Position numbers and translations under genes: made by a program
The notes under the pieces: generated by a model
What the model was told of the DNA's origin: nothing
Databases searched by the model: none
Seen by the model: the letters and a program-made list of their open reading frames with translations, nothing else
In this document: piece by piece, positions 1 to 9,678 of the stretch
How the letters are laid out: each line of letters begins with the position of its first letter
How positions within the stretch are numbered: the stretch's first letter is position 1
Origin: Actinomycetota bacterium
Lineage (GTDB): Bacteria; Actinomycetota; Actinomycetes; Actinomycetales; Microbacteriaceae
DNA: 64,000 nt
Assembly: GCA_046046665.1 (NCBI GenBank)
Contig: JBJOJI010000003.1
Location: 1,318 to 65,317, forward strand
Direction: 5' to 3'

Positions 1-1
1 A

Positions 2-244
2 GTTGGAAAACAATCCCTTAGCGCTCATGGCCTAGTAAACGATCACAACCTTCGCGCAGGGGCAATCAAGCAGGTAGTTACCGAGGCAGAATCGCTTGGG
101 CTGGGAATTCGCGGGTTAGAGCGCTCTGAATTGCCTGGCACGCATGGAAACGTTGAGTATGTTTTGTGGATTAGTCCCAAAGAGCTTCCAAATAAGTCAA
201 AATGGACAGACAGGATTGAAACGGTAGCAAAGGAGACCAAATGA
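2..244 (+). CDS. tlyA: TlyA family rRNA methyltransferase/haemolysin, 3' end (5'-truncated by window)
   Basis: Frame 2 is open from the window start: VGKQSLSAHGLVNDH...SELPGTHGNVEYVLWI...*. This resembles the TlyA C-terminal SPxxGxxGNxEY motif. Its TGA overlaps the nadK ATG, and tlyA-nadK-recN is conserved synteny. Confidence 0.85.
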   Translation, partial: VGKQSLSAHGLVNDHNLRAGAIKQVVTEAESLGLGIRGLERSELPGTHGNVEYVLWISPKELPNKSKWTDRIETVAKETK

Positions 245-1197
245 GCCAGACTGCTCAGCAGGTTGCTTCGCGATTTGTTTTAGTTGTTGCTCACACGGCC
301 CGCAAAGATGCTGTGGCAGCCGCCCAGGTAGCCATTGAGCAATTGCATGCTGCTGGAATTGTTCCAGTTCTCACCGCTTCAGATCTTGACGACTTTAACA
401 AGCACGTTGCCGATCAAGTTTTGCCAGCAAACGTGATTGAGCATGTCAAGACCCTTGACCTTGACTGCAAAATGGCAGAGCTTGAGTTGGTTGTTGTGTT
501 GGGCGGCGACGGAACTATTTTGAAGGCTGCCGAGATCGTGCGAGAGCACTCGATTCCCCTTATGGGAATTAATCTTGGTCACGTTGGTTTTCTTGCTGAA
601 TCTGAGCGTGAAGAATTTGCCGAAGCTGTTCATCGAGTTCTTGATCGCGACTACGAAATTCGTGAACGTCTAACCCTTGATGTTGCTGTAATCGTTGATG
701 GTCAAGAAGTTTTCCGAACCTGGGCATTAAATGAGGCAACGGTTGAAAAAAGTGCCCGCGAACGCATGCTTGAGGTTGTCTTAGAAGTTGAAGGCAATCC
801 GCTTTCAAGTTTTGGCTGCGATGGCATTGTTATTTCAACTCCAACCGGATCAACCGCTTATGCGTTTTCTGCAGGTGGACCCGTGGTTTGGCCTTCGGTT
901 GATGCGCTACTTGTTGTGCCACTAAGCGCTCACGCTCTATTTGCAAGACCGTTGGTAATCAAGCCTGATGCCATGGTTGCCGTTGAAGTTCTTCAGCGAA
1001 GTTCAGGTCACGGAGTGCTTTGGTGTGATGGCCGCCGTAGCTGGCAATTACCACCGGGTGCCCGCGTTGAAGTTACCAAGTCTGCAACCCCGGTTCGGCT
1101 GGCCAGGCTTCGCAAGAGCACTTTTACAAACAGGCTTGTAAAAAAATTCTCTCTACCGGTTGACGGCTGGCGTGGCCCAGACGATTCCAAGCGGTAG
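241..1197 (+). CDS. nadK: NAD kinase
   Basis: GGDGT, NE and TPTGSTAYAFSAGGP motifs. Confidence 0.97.
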   Translation: MSQTAQQVASRFVLVVAHTARKDAVAAAQVAIEQLHAAGIVPVLTASDLDDFNKHVADQVLPANVIEHVKTLDLDCKMAELELVVVLGGDGTILKAAEIVREHSIPLMGINLGHVGFLAESEREEFAEAVHRVLDRDYEIRERLTLDVAVIVDGQEVFRTWALNEATVEKSARERMLEVVLEVEGNPLSSFGCDGIVISTPTGSTAYAFSAGGPVVWPSVDALLVVPLSAHALFARPLVIKPDAMVAVEVLQRSSGHGVLWCDGRRSWQLPPGARVEVTKSATPVRLARLRKSTFTNRLVKKFSLPVDGWRGPDDSKR

Positions 1198-1212
1198 TTG
1201 CGGCGGTATATC

Positions 1213-2916
1213 GTGATCGAAGAAATTTATATTCGCGATTTGGGCGTAATCCAAGAGGCAAGATTGCCACTTGGTAGTGGCCTTACTGTTATTACCGGTG
1301 AAACCGGTGCCGGAAAAACCATGGTCCTGTCTGCTCTTGGGCTTTTGCTGGGTGAACGTTCAGACAGCTCATCTATTCGCCGCGGTCAAGACCAATCTTT
1401 CGTCGAAGGCCGTTGGTACTTGAACTCAAATAACCCAGTCAGCGACAACGTTTCTAAACGTCTTGCCGAAGCCGGAATAGATCTAATTGATGGCGAACTC
1501 ATCATGAACCGCTCTGTCTCAAGTGAGGGCCGCGGCCGGGCATCGGTGTCTGGTAAAGCCACCCCTATTAATGTCTTAAGTGAACTGGGTGAGCAACTTG
1601 TGGTGGTTCACGGCCAGTCTGACCAGATTCGATTAAAGAGTGCCGCTGCTCAACGTGAGGCGCTAGACCAATTTGCAGGCAGTTTTGATGTTTTGGCTAA
1701 ATATCAGTCGCATTTCAATTTATGGCGATCATTAACCGCCAAGCTTGCAGATATTCAGCAGAACCTTGAGGCCAGGGCAGCAGAGGCGCAACAGCTGCGC
1801 GAAGCAGTAGGCGAACTTGAGAAGGCAGACCCAAAGCCGGGTGAAGACCTTGAGTTAACTGAAAAGGCCAATCGTCTAACCCACGTTGAAGAACTTCGAA
1901 TCGCCGCCGCCGCCGCCCATGAGGCAATTTCAAGCGAAACTTTTGATGGATCAGCAGATGCTGTCAACCTACTTGGAGCCGCTCGTCGTTCGCTTGAGCA
2001 AGTTGCCGACCATGATCCAGAACTTGGCAGAATCGCTGAATCGCTAAAGCAGCTTGGCTATCAATTGAATGATGTAGCGGCCGAATTATCTAGCTATGTA
2101 GATGGATTAGATGAAGATTCCGCAAAAGTACTTGAGATTATTCAAGAACGGCGCGCGGTGCTAAACATTTTGATGCGAAAGTATGGCCCAACTTTAGAAG
2201 ATGTGATTGCGTTTAGTCAGACGGCCTCGGATCGTCTTCTGGAGCTTGATTCATCAACAGATCAAATAGATATTCTTGAAGCGCAAGTAAATTCGGAATT
2301 CAAAGCTCTGCAGCTGGCCGCTAATTCGCTAACGCAACTAAGAACAAAAGCAGCGCAAGTCCTTGCCCAGCAGGTGACTGCCGAACTTGGTGCACTTGCT
2401 ATGCCAGGTTCAAGTTTGGTGGTTTCCGTATCAGACGCCGCCGAATACAACATTCATGGCAAAGACCTAATTTCAATTCAGCTGTCTTCTTACCCGGGTG
2501 CCGAGCCAAGACCGCTTGGTAAGGGCGCAAGCGGCGGTGAGCTCTCAAGAATCATGTTGGCGATTGAGGTAGTGCTTGCCAAAACTCAACAAGCGCCAAC
2601 TTTTATCTTTGACGAGGTAGATGCAGGAGTCGGCGGAGCTGCGGCGATTGAGGTTGGTCGCAGGCTTGCTATGTTAGCCAAGCAAGCCCAGGTAATTGTG
2701 GTTACACATCTGGCTCAGGTTGCAGCTTTTGCGAATCAGCACCTTCGAGTTTTGAAAACTAGTTCAGAAGAATTCACTGCCACCGATGTGGTCTCTTTGA
2801 ATCACGACGAGCGGGTCAACGAGTTGGCCCGCATGTTATCTGGACTGCCGGAATCTGAATCTGGCCGCACTCACGCCGCCGAATTGCTTGATAAAGCCAC
2901 TTCGGAGTTCGCCTAA
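1213..2916 (+). CDS. recN: DNA repair protein RecN
   Basis: Walker A GETGAGKT, signature SGGELSR, Walker B FIFDEVDAG. Start placed at GTG 1213 (ORF track opens at 1198). Confidence 0.97.
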   Translation: MIEEIYIRDLGVIQEARLPLGSGLTVITGETGAGKTMVLSALGLLLGERSDSSSIRRGQDQSFVEGRWYLNSNNPVSDNVSKRLAEAGIDLIDGELIMNRSVSSEGRGRASVSGKATPINVLSELGEQLVVVHGQSDQIRLKSAAAQREALDQFAGSFDVLAKYQSHFNLWRSLTAKLADIQQNLEARAAEAQQLREAVGELEKADPKPGEDLELTEKANRLTHVEELRIAAAAAHEAISSETFDGSADAVNLLGAARRSLEQVADHDPELGRIAESLKQLGYQLNDVAAELSSYVDGLDEDSAKVLEIIQERRAVLNILMRKYGPTLEDVIAFSQTASDRLLELDSSTDQIDILEAQVNSEFKALQLAANSLTQLRTKAAQVLAQQVTAELGALAMPGSSLVVSVSDAAEYNIHGKDLISIQLSSYPGAEPRPLGKGASGGELSRIMLAIEVVLAKTQQAPTFIFDEVDAGVGGAAAIEVGRRLAMLAKQAQVIVVTHLAQVAAFANQHLRVLKTSSEEFTATDVVSLNHDERVNELARMLSGLPESESGRTHAAELLDKATSEFA

Positions 2917-2989
2917 AACTTGTATTTTCAAGCTTGGTAGCATGTCGCTTGGCATAGGTGAGCGTGGTTGACTGCTAGGCTTGAATTCC

Positions 2990-4672
2990 ATGCGAGAAGC
3001 TTTGGAATCCGGTATCACACGTCACATTTTCGTCACCGGAGGTGTTGCATCTTCACTCGGCAAAGGCCTAACGGCTTCGAGTCTTGGCAACCTACTACGT
3101 GCCCGCGGCCTCAAGGTCGTTATGCAGAAGCTAGACCCTTACCTAAACGTTGACCCGGGAACAATGAACCCGTTTCAGCACGGTGAAGTATTCGTGACTG
3201 ACGATGGCGCAGAAACAGACCTAGACATAGGTCACTACGAGCGTTTTCTAGACATCAACCTTGGTCAGTCTGCCAACGTGACCACTGGTCAGATTTACTC
3301 AACCGTTATTGCACGTGAACGTCGCGGCGAGTACCTGGGCGACACCGTTCAGGTCATTCCACATATCACCGATGAAATCAAGCGACGCATGCGTTTGCAA
3401 GCACACGATATGCCGGCACCAGATGTAATCATCACTGAGATTGGTGGCACCGTTGGCGACATTGAATCACATCCTTTCATTGAAGCAGCACGTCAGATTC
3501 GCCACGATGTAGGCCGAGACAACGTTTTCTATGTTCACGTTTCACTCGTTCCTTACCTTGCTGCTTCAGGTGAGCTAAAGACCAAGCCAACTCAGCACTC
3601 GGTTTCAACCTTGCGATCAATTGGTATTCAGCCTGATGCTGTGGTTTGTCGTTCAGACCGCCCACTGCCGGCTTCGATTAAAAACAAAATTGCCTTGATG
3701 TGCGACATCGATGTTGAGGCAGTAGTAAACGCGGCCGACGCCTCGAGCATTTACGACGTACCAACCGTGATCAACGAAGAAGGCCTAGACAGCTACATCA
3801 TCAAGCGCTTGGGGCTTGAAGAAAAAGCCGGTGAGGTTGACTGGAGCCGTTGGCAAGGAGTGCTGGATGCGGTTCATAACCCTAAGCACGAGGTAAAAAT
3901 TGGACTTGTAGGTAAGTACATTGACCTACCGGATGCTTACCTTTCAGTCACCGAGGCAATTCGTGCCGGTGGATTCGCAAATATGGCAAAGGTAAACATC
4001 AAGTGGATAGCTTCTGATAGCTGTGAAACTGAAGAGGGTGCCCGTGAGCAACTTGCCGATGTTGATGCCATTTGCATCCCTGGCGGATTTGGTGTTCGTG
4101 GCATTGAAGGCAAACTTGGTGCACTTAAGTTTGCGCGCGAAAACAAGATTCCAGCACTTGGTCTTTGCCTTGGCTTGCAGTGCATGGTTATTGAATTTGC
4201 GCGAAACGTTGTTGGGCTAGAGGGCGCATCTTCAACCGAATTTGATGAAGACGCTAAGTACCCGGTTATTGCAACCATGGCAGAGCAAGTGGATATCATT
4301 GCTGGAGGAGACATGGGTGGCACGATGCGCTTGGGTCTTTACACAGCAAAACTAAAGCCAGGGTCAATTGTTGCCGAGGTCTACGGCGCAGAGTCAGTAG
4401 ACGAGCGTCACCGTCACCGCTACGAGGTCAACAACACCTATCGTGATCAAATCTCTGCAAAGGGTCTGGTCTTCTCAGGCACTTCTCCAGATGATCACCT
4501 AGTTGAGTTTGTTGAGCTACCGCGAGAGGTTCACCCTTACTACGTGGCCACACAGGCTCACCCAGAGTTCCGATCACGCCCAACTAACGCGCACCCGCTA
4601 TTTAGAGGTTTGGTTGTTGCAGCAATTGAGCGCCAAGCCTCGAACAAATTGTTCGAAGTTTCTGGTTCATAG
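2990..4672 (+). CDS. pyrG: CTP synthase
   Basis: [49 protein letters not shown] 2990 is preferred over TTG 2981. Confidence 0.98.
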   Translation: MREALESGITRHIFVTGGVASSLGKGLTASSLGNLLRARGLKVVMQKLDPYLNVDPGTMNPFQHGEVFVTDDGAETDLDIGHYERFLDINLGQSANVTTGQIYSTVIARERRGEYLGDTVQVIPHITDEIKRRMRLQAHDMPAPDVIITEIGGTVGDIESHPFIEAARQIRHDVGRDNVFYVHVSLVPYLAASGELKTKPTQHSVSTLRSIGIQPDAVVCRSDRPLPASIKNKIALMCDIDVEAVVNAADASSIYDVPTVINEEGLDSYIIKRLGLEEKAGEVDWSRWQGVLDAVHNPKHEVKIGLVGKYIDLPDAYLSVTEAIRAGGFANMAKVNIKWIASDSCETEEGAREQLADVDAICIPGGFGVRGIEGKLGALKFARENKIPALGLCLGLQCMVIEFARNVVGLEGASSTEFDEDAKYPVIATMAEQVDIIAGGDMGGTMRLGLYTAKLKPGSIVAEVYGAESVDERHRHRYEVNNTYRDQISAKGLVFSGTSPDDHLVEFVELPREVHPYYVATQAHPEFRSRPTNAHPLFRGLVVAAIERQASNKLFEVSGS

Positions 4673-4686
4673 CCTCAAATATTCAA

Positions 4687-5271
4687 ATGCCCAAAGATGA
4701 AACCGCCGCGCTTAGTCTTTCTAAGCAAGATGTGGTTTTTAGGGGAATGATCTGGGACGTCGTTAGTGAAACCTTCAACTACAACGAGCATCAACTAACG
4801 CGCCAATTTATCAAGCATCCCGGCGCCGTTGCGGTTATCGCGTTAAAAGAAAATCAAGAAGTGCTGCTAATCAAGCAGTATCGTCACCCGGTTCGGAAAT
4901 ACCTGTGGGAAATTCCTGCTGGATTACTAGATATTGACGGTGAATCTCGACTAGATGCTGCAAAGCGCGAACTACTAGAAGAAACCGGCTACGTTTCCGA
5001 TAATTGGCAAGAGCTAATAACTTTTCACACCACGCCAGGTGGCAACGATGAGGCAATCACGGTATTTGTTGCACGACAGGCAAAACATCAGGGTCATGAA
5101 ATTGTGCTTGAAGGTGAAGAGACAGATCTTGAATTGCGTTGGGTTCCGCTGGCTGATGCGCTGAATAGTGTTTTAAAGTCTGAGATGCAAAGCCCTAGCG
5201 CGGGTTACGGGTTAATGGCTCTAGCGCTGCAGTTAGGTGTTTCCCCAAATCAGGAACACCAAAATGGCTAG
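4687..5271 (+). CDS. NUDIX hydrolase (ADP-ribose pyrophosphatase-like)
   Basis: Nudix box PAGLLD..GE...AAKRELLEETG with QYRHP upstream; conserved pyrG-NUDIX-xerD position. Confidence 0.93.
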   Translation: MPKDETAALSLSKQDVVFRGMIWDVVSETFNYNEHQLTRQFIKHPGAVAVIALKENQEVLLIKQYRHPVRKYLWEIPAGLLDIDGESRLDAAKRELLEETGYVSDNWQELITFHTTPGGNDEAITVFVARQAKHQGHEIVLEGEETDLELRWVPLADALNSVLKSEMQSPSAGYGLMALALQLGVSPNQEHQNG

Positions 5272-6199
5272 TCAGCTTGAACCGCTAGTAGATGCCTACC
5301 TTAGGCACTTGACGATTGAACGCGGCATGGCAAAAAACACTATTGCGGCGTATCGGGCAGATTTGGCCAGGTATTTGGTTTTTCTAGAATCAATTGGAAT
5401 CGAAGACCCGGCATCAATCACCGAGCTAACTATTGGCGGGTTTGCCGAGTCGCTAAAAATAAAATCTGGCCTGGTTTCCAGTTCAATCGCCAGAGTGCTT
5501 GCCGGTGTTAGGGGATTGCACAAGTTTTGGTTGTTAGAGAATGTGACCGTGGGGGATTCAGCTGCGGCCATAAAGCCACCGAAAAGCCCACGCAGCCTTC
5601 CCAAAGCAATCACCATTGATCAAGTAGAAAAGCTCTTAGCTAGCGCAGGCCCTGACCCTGCCGATGAAGAAGCAATGGCTGCTGATCCGGTTCGAGTGCG
5701 AGATAGGGCCATCCTTGAACTGCTCTACGCCACCGGGGCTCGCATCAGTGAATTAATTGCCCTTGACCTAGATGACTTAGTAGACCCAACCCTGGTCCGG
5801 CTATTTGGCAAGGGCTCCAAAGAAAGAATTGTTCCCGTTGGGGGGTATGCCCAAAGAGCCCTTCAGTCCTATCTGGTTAGAACCAGGCCGGGCTTGGTTG
5901 GGCAGGGAAAGGGAACGCCCGCCCTGTTTCTAAATCAACGTGGAGGCAGATTGAGCCGCCAAAGCGCCTGGTCCATAATCAGCGAAGCTGCCCGGGTGGC
6001 TGAATTACCAGGCGAAATCTCACCGCACACCCTTAGGCACTCATTCGCCACCCACCTATTGGAAGGTGGGGCTGATGTTCGAGTAGTCCAGGAGCTGCTT
6101 GGGCACTCATCGGTGGCCACCACCCAGATCTACACGTTGGTTACGGTAGACAAATTGAGGGAAATCTACGGTACAGCTCACCCGCGCGCACGCCGCTAG
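5264..6199 (+). CDS. xerD: Site-specific tyrosine recombinase XerD
   Basis: LLYATGARISE, GKGSKER, SPHTLRHSFATHLL, LGH and catalytic Y in TTQIYT; chromosomal synteny. ATG at 5264. Confidence 0.95.
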   Translation: MASQLEPLVDAYLRHLTIERGMAKNTIAAYRADLARYLVFLESIGIEDPASITELTIGGFAESLKIKSGLVSSSIARVLAGVRGLHKFWLLENVTVGDSAAAIKPPKSPRSLPKAITIDQVEKLLASAGPDPADEEAMAADPVRVRDRAILELLYATGARISELIALDLDDLVDPTLVRLFGKGSKERIVPVGGYAQRALQSYLVRTRPGLVGQGKGTPALFLNQRGGRLSRQSAWSIISEAARVAELPGEISPHTLRHSFATHLLEGGADVRVVQELLGHSSVATTQIYTLVTVDKLREIYGTAHPRARR

Positions 6200-6212
6200 G
6201 TCACCCGCGCGC
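6178..6212 (+). repeat. 12-bp direct repeat TCACCCGCGCGC flanking the xerD stop codon
   Basis: Exact copies at 6178-6189 and 6201-6212. Confidence 0.7.
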
Positions 6213-6260
6213 CAGAAGGTAGGCTAGAGCCTGAATCAAACGTAATTTCGGGAGGAAATC

Positions 6261-7091
6261 ATGGCAAAGGCAATTGCGGACACCCGCTTCGCCACACCAA
6301 AACCCCTGAAGACCCATGGTCCAGCGCGAATCATCGCAATGTGCAACCAAAAGGGCGGCGTAGGCAAAACCACAACTTCAATCAATATGTCGGCAGCGCT
6401 CGCCGAATTCGGTCGCAAGGTTTTGTTGATCGATTTTGACCCACAGGGTGCTCTCTCGGCAGGTTTGGGGATAAACGCCCACGATGCTCTAACAATCTAC
6501 GATTTGATGCTGGATCGCACTATTGATCCTCACACTGCAATCCAGCACACCAGCAATCCAAACCTTGATGTAATTCCAGCAAATATCGAGCTATCAGCCG
6601 CTGAAATGAAATTGGTCAATGAAATTGCTCGTGAGCAGATTCTTGCTCGAATTCTCAAGCAGGTTTCTGCTGAGTACGATGCCATCATCGTTGACTGCCA
6701 GCCTTCGCTTGGTCTGCTAACTGTAAATGCACTTACGGCAGCTCACGGTGTAATGATTCCACTTGCCACCGAGTACTTTGCCCTGCGCGGTGTTGCAATT
6801 CTTGAAGACATCATCGGCAAAGTCAAAGAAGGTCTCAACCCTGCACTGCAATTAGATGGAATCTTGCCAACAATGGTTGATTCAAGAACGTTGCACTCTC
6901 GTGAAGTTCTAGAAAGACTAAAAGAAGCATTTGGAGACAAGCTCTTCAAAACAGTAATCCACAGAACCGTAAAGTTTCCAGATGCCACCGTTGCGCAGGC
7001 GCCGATTACTGAATTTGCACCAACATCAGACGCGGCCGAGGTGTACCGCTCCGTAGCAAAGGAGTTGGTAGCCCGTGGCTGTGTTGCTTAG
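6261..7091 (+). CDS. ParA/Soj family ATPase (scpAB-linked)
   Basis: Deviant Walker A NQKGGVGKTT, IDFDPQG, DCQPSLG; GGAGG RBS. Confidence 0.95.
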   Translation: MAKAIADTRFATPKPLKTHGPARIIAMCNQKGGVGKTTTSINMSAALAEFGRKVLLIDFDPQGALSAGLGINAHDALTIYDLMLDRTIDPHTAIQHTSNPNLDVIPANIELSAAEMKLVNEIAREQILARILKQVSAEYDAIIVDCQPSLGLLTVNALTAAHGVMIPLATEYFALRGVAILEDIIGKVKEGLNPALQLDGILPTMVDSRTLHSREVLERLKEAFGDKLFKTVIHRTVKFPDATVAQAPITEFAPTSDAAEVYRSVAKELVARGCVA

Positions 7092-7902
7092 CTCAGACTT
7101 GACTGACGGTTCAGAAAAAGGCAGTGGATTCTCACTTAGCCTGGGAAACTTTGACGGACCTTTTGACCTTTTGCTTTCTTTAATCTCAAAGCACGAGATG
7201 AACATCACAGAAATTGCGCTCAGCAAAGTTACCGATGAATTCATTTCTTATCTGAAAACCCTTGATGGCGAAGAAGAAATGGATCAGGCCAGCGAGTTTT
7301 TAGTTATTGCTGCAACTCTTCTTGACCTAAAAATCGCTGGACTATTGCCGAAGGGTGAGGTAGTTGACGCAGAAGACGTTGCGCTGCTTGAAGCACGCGA
7401 TCTTCTGTTTGCCCGCCTTCTTCAGTACCGTGCTTTCAAAGAGGTTTCAAGTTACTTCAGTACCTCTATGGCCTTAGAAGCACTTCGCATAGCAAGAGAT
7501 GTTCGCCTTGAAGACAGATTCAAAAAGCAGAAGCCTGAACTGGTGTGGACAATGACCCTTGCTGAATTTGGAGTGCTTGCGCAAGATGCAATGAGTCCAC
7601 GCGAAATTCCTAGCGTTGGCTTGGCTCACCTGCACGCACCAAGGGTGTCAATTCGTGAACAGGCCGCCGAAGTTGTTTCTATGTTGAAGCGTTCTATTCG
7701 AATGACATTCCGAGAGCTAATTGGATCAATCAAAGATCGCGCCATCGTCGTGGCCAGGTTCCTATCAGTGTTAGAGCTGTATCGACTTTCGGCAATTACC
7801 TTTGAACAAGAGACCCCACTTGGCGATATCAAGATCGCCTGGGATTCCGAAAACTTTGATGATGAAAAACTAGCCAACCTTGGAGCTGACTATGACTCTT
7901 AA
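7075..7902 (+). CDS. scpA: Segregation/condensation protein A
   Basis: FDGPFDLLLSLI, EFLVIAATLLDLK, RFLSVLEL. Confidence 0.95.
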   Translation: MAVLLSSDLTDGSEKGSGFSLSLGNFDGPFDLLLSLISKHEMNITEIALSKVTDEFISYLKTLDGEEEMDQASEFLVIAATLLDLKIAGLLPKGEVVDAEDVALLEARDLLFARLLQYRAFKEVSSYFSTSMALEALRIARDVRLEDRFKKQKPELVWTMTLAEFGVLAQDAMSPREIPSVGLAHLHAPRVSIREQAAEVVSMLKRSIRMTFRELIGSIKDRAIVVARFLSVLELYRLSAITFEQETPLGDIKIAWDSENFDDEKLANLGADYDS

Positions 7903-8524
7903 TGATGCAACGCCAGAGCAGGTTGCGAGTGAACCTACCCCTGCTGAAGTAGTAGAAAGAATGGAGCCAGTTAGCGCTGACAACCTTCGTTCCGCGATCG
8001 AAGCTATTTTGATGATCACCGATTCTCCTATCTCAATCATGAACATCGCCACCGCACTTGAAACTCCGGTGACCGAGGTTCGCGATGCAATTAACTCGCT
8101 GGTTGCCGATTACGACTCAGTTGACGGCCAGACTCCTCGCGGATTTGAGCTACGTGAAGTTGGCGGAGGCTGGAGAATCTACGTGCGCACCGATTTTGAC
8201 TGGGCAGTGAAGAACTTTGTTGCAAATGAAAACCCAACCAAGTTGAGCCAGGCAGCTCTAGAAACTCTTGCTGTGATTGCATACAAGCAGCCAATATCTC
8301 GCGGTCAAATTGCTTCTATCCGTGCCGTAAATGTTGACTCTGTGGTTCGCACCCTGCACAGTCGAGGTTTGATCACAGAGCTATACACCGATTCAGAATC
8401 TGGGGCCATTCACTATGGAACGGCGCCGCTATTGCTTGAGGTGCTGGGCATTAACTCGCTGGATGAATTGCCACTGATTAGCCCATACCTACCTGATGCG
8501 AATAGCAACTTCGATGCCGTTTGA
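7892..8524 (+). CDS. scpB: Segregation/condensation protein B
   Basis: LSQAALETLAVIAYKQP, IRAVN; ATG at 7892 after GGAG. Confidence 0.95.
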   Translation: MTLNDATPEQVASEPTPAEVVERMEPVSADNLRSAIEAILMITDSPISIMNIATALETPVTEVRDAINSLVADYDSVDGQTPRGFELREVGGGWRIYVRTDFDWAVKNFVANENPTKLSQAALETLAVIAYKQPISRGQIASIRAVNVDSVVRTLHSRGLITELYTDSESGAIHYGTAPLLLEVLGINSLDELPLISPYLPDANSNFDAV

Positions 8525-9314
8525 TGCTGAGCCGGAGGGCGTAAGACTCCAGAAGGTTATGGCCGCTGCCGGTGTGGCGTCGCGTCGCGTCTGCGAAGAC
8601 ATGATCACCAAAGGCCAAGTCAAGGTAAATGGTCGAGTGGTCACAGAGCTTGGTACACGAATTAATCCTGAAGTAGACAAAGTCACTGTGGGTGGCACAC
8701 CTGTTCAGCTAGATAACTCTCGCGTGTATCTTGCCTTGAATAAACCGCGCGGTGTGGTCAGTTCAATGGCCGACGAAAATGGTCGCCCAGATCTTTCTCA
8801 GTTTGTGGCAGGCTACGATCGAGTATTCAACGTTGGCCGTCTTGACTCTGAGACAACCGGTCTAATCATCATGACCAATGACGGCGAACTAGCGCACAAA
8901 CTTGCACATCCTAAATTTGGTGTAACAAAAACTTACGTTGCTCGAGTTGAAGGCGTGGTCACGCCAGCAATCATTCACAAGCTCCTAAGCGGGTTCGAGC
9001 TTGAAGACGGATTAATTAAAGCTGATAAGGCACACGTAGTTGATGTGCAACCGGGGGAGTCGCTGGTTGAAGTTGTGTTGCACTCTGGGCGCAATCGTAT
9101 TGTTCGAAGAATGTTCGAATTCGTGGGTCACCCAGTTGTGGGTTTGGTTCGTCGCCAATTTGGCCCAATTCAACTTGGCCCGCTAAAAGAGGGCCGAATT
9201 CGCGAGCTAAGTAAAATAGAGGTCGGCGCACTTCTAAAGGCGGCAGAGGGCGAAGTAAAACGCTCTCCAAGACCGGCAAATAAAAAAGCTGCCGTTCAGG
9301 GAAAGAGGCGATGA
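8514..9314 (+). CDS. rluB: rRNA pseudouridine synthase (RluB/RsuA family)
   Basis: S4 domain RLQKVMAAAGVASRR, GRLD catalytic motif, GRNRIVRR. Confidence 0.9.
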   Translation: MPFDAEPEGVRLQKVMAAAGVASRRVCEDMITKGQVKVNGRVVTELGTRINPEVDKVTVGGTPVQLDNSRVYLALNKPRGVVSSMADENGRPDLSQFVAGYDRVFNVGRLDSETTGLIIMTNDGELAHKLAHPKFGVTKTYVARVEGVVTPAIIHKLLSGFELEDGLIKADKAHVVDVQPGESLVEVVLHSGRNRIVRRMFEFVGHPVVGLVRRQFGPIQLGPLKEGRIRELSKIEVGALLKAAEGEVKRSPRPANKKAAVQGKRR

Positions 9315-9315
9315 C

Positions 9316-9678
9316 ATGGCAATTCGAGCAATTCGTGGCGCAATTCAGCTTGATGTTGATGAGCGCGAGCACCTACTAAAGTCAACCGCCGAACTTCTAA
9401 CCAAAACTCTGCATGCAAATAATCTTGACAGTGGCCAACTAGTCTCAATTCTGTTCACCGCAACGCCAGATATAACTAGCGAATTTCCTGCAGTGGCGGC
9501 AAGAGAGCTCTCACTTGGCGATGTTCCATTGATGTGTTTTGTAGAGATGAACGTTAAGGGTGCATTGCCTAGAACCATTCGAATCATGATCACTGCCGAA
9601 ACAGATAAGTCTCGAGCGGAAATCCAACACATTTACCTTCGCGGTGCCACGGCACTGCGTCAGGACATTGCTCAATGA
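9316..9678 (+). CDS. aroH: AroH-class chorismate mutase
   Basis: IRAIRGA, FPAVAAR, VPLMC..EM.V, HIYLRGA..LR.D. Confidence 0.93.
   Translation: MAIRAIRGAIQLDVDEREHLLKSTAELLTKTLHANNLDSGQLVSILFTATPDITSEFPAVAARELSLGDVPLMCFVEMNVKGALPRTIRIMITAETDKSRAEIQHIYLRGATALRQDIAQ

Noticed and set aside
1900-1918. GCC microsatellite in recN (a similar run occurs in murF near 44395-44415)
   Set aside because: These are short in-frame poly-Ala codon runs with no frame effect.
5264-6199. Tyrosine recombinase as a phage or island integrase
   Set aside because: It sits in the conserved pyrG-NUDIX-xerD-parA-scpAB context with no cargo or mobility genes, so it is housekeeping XerD.
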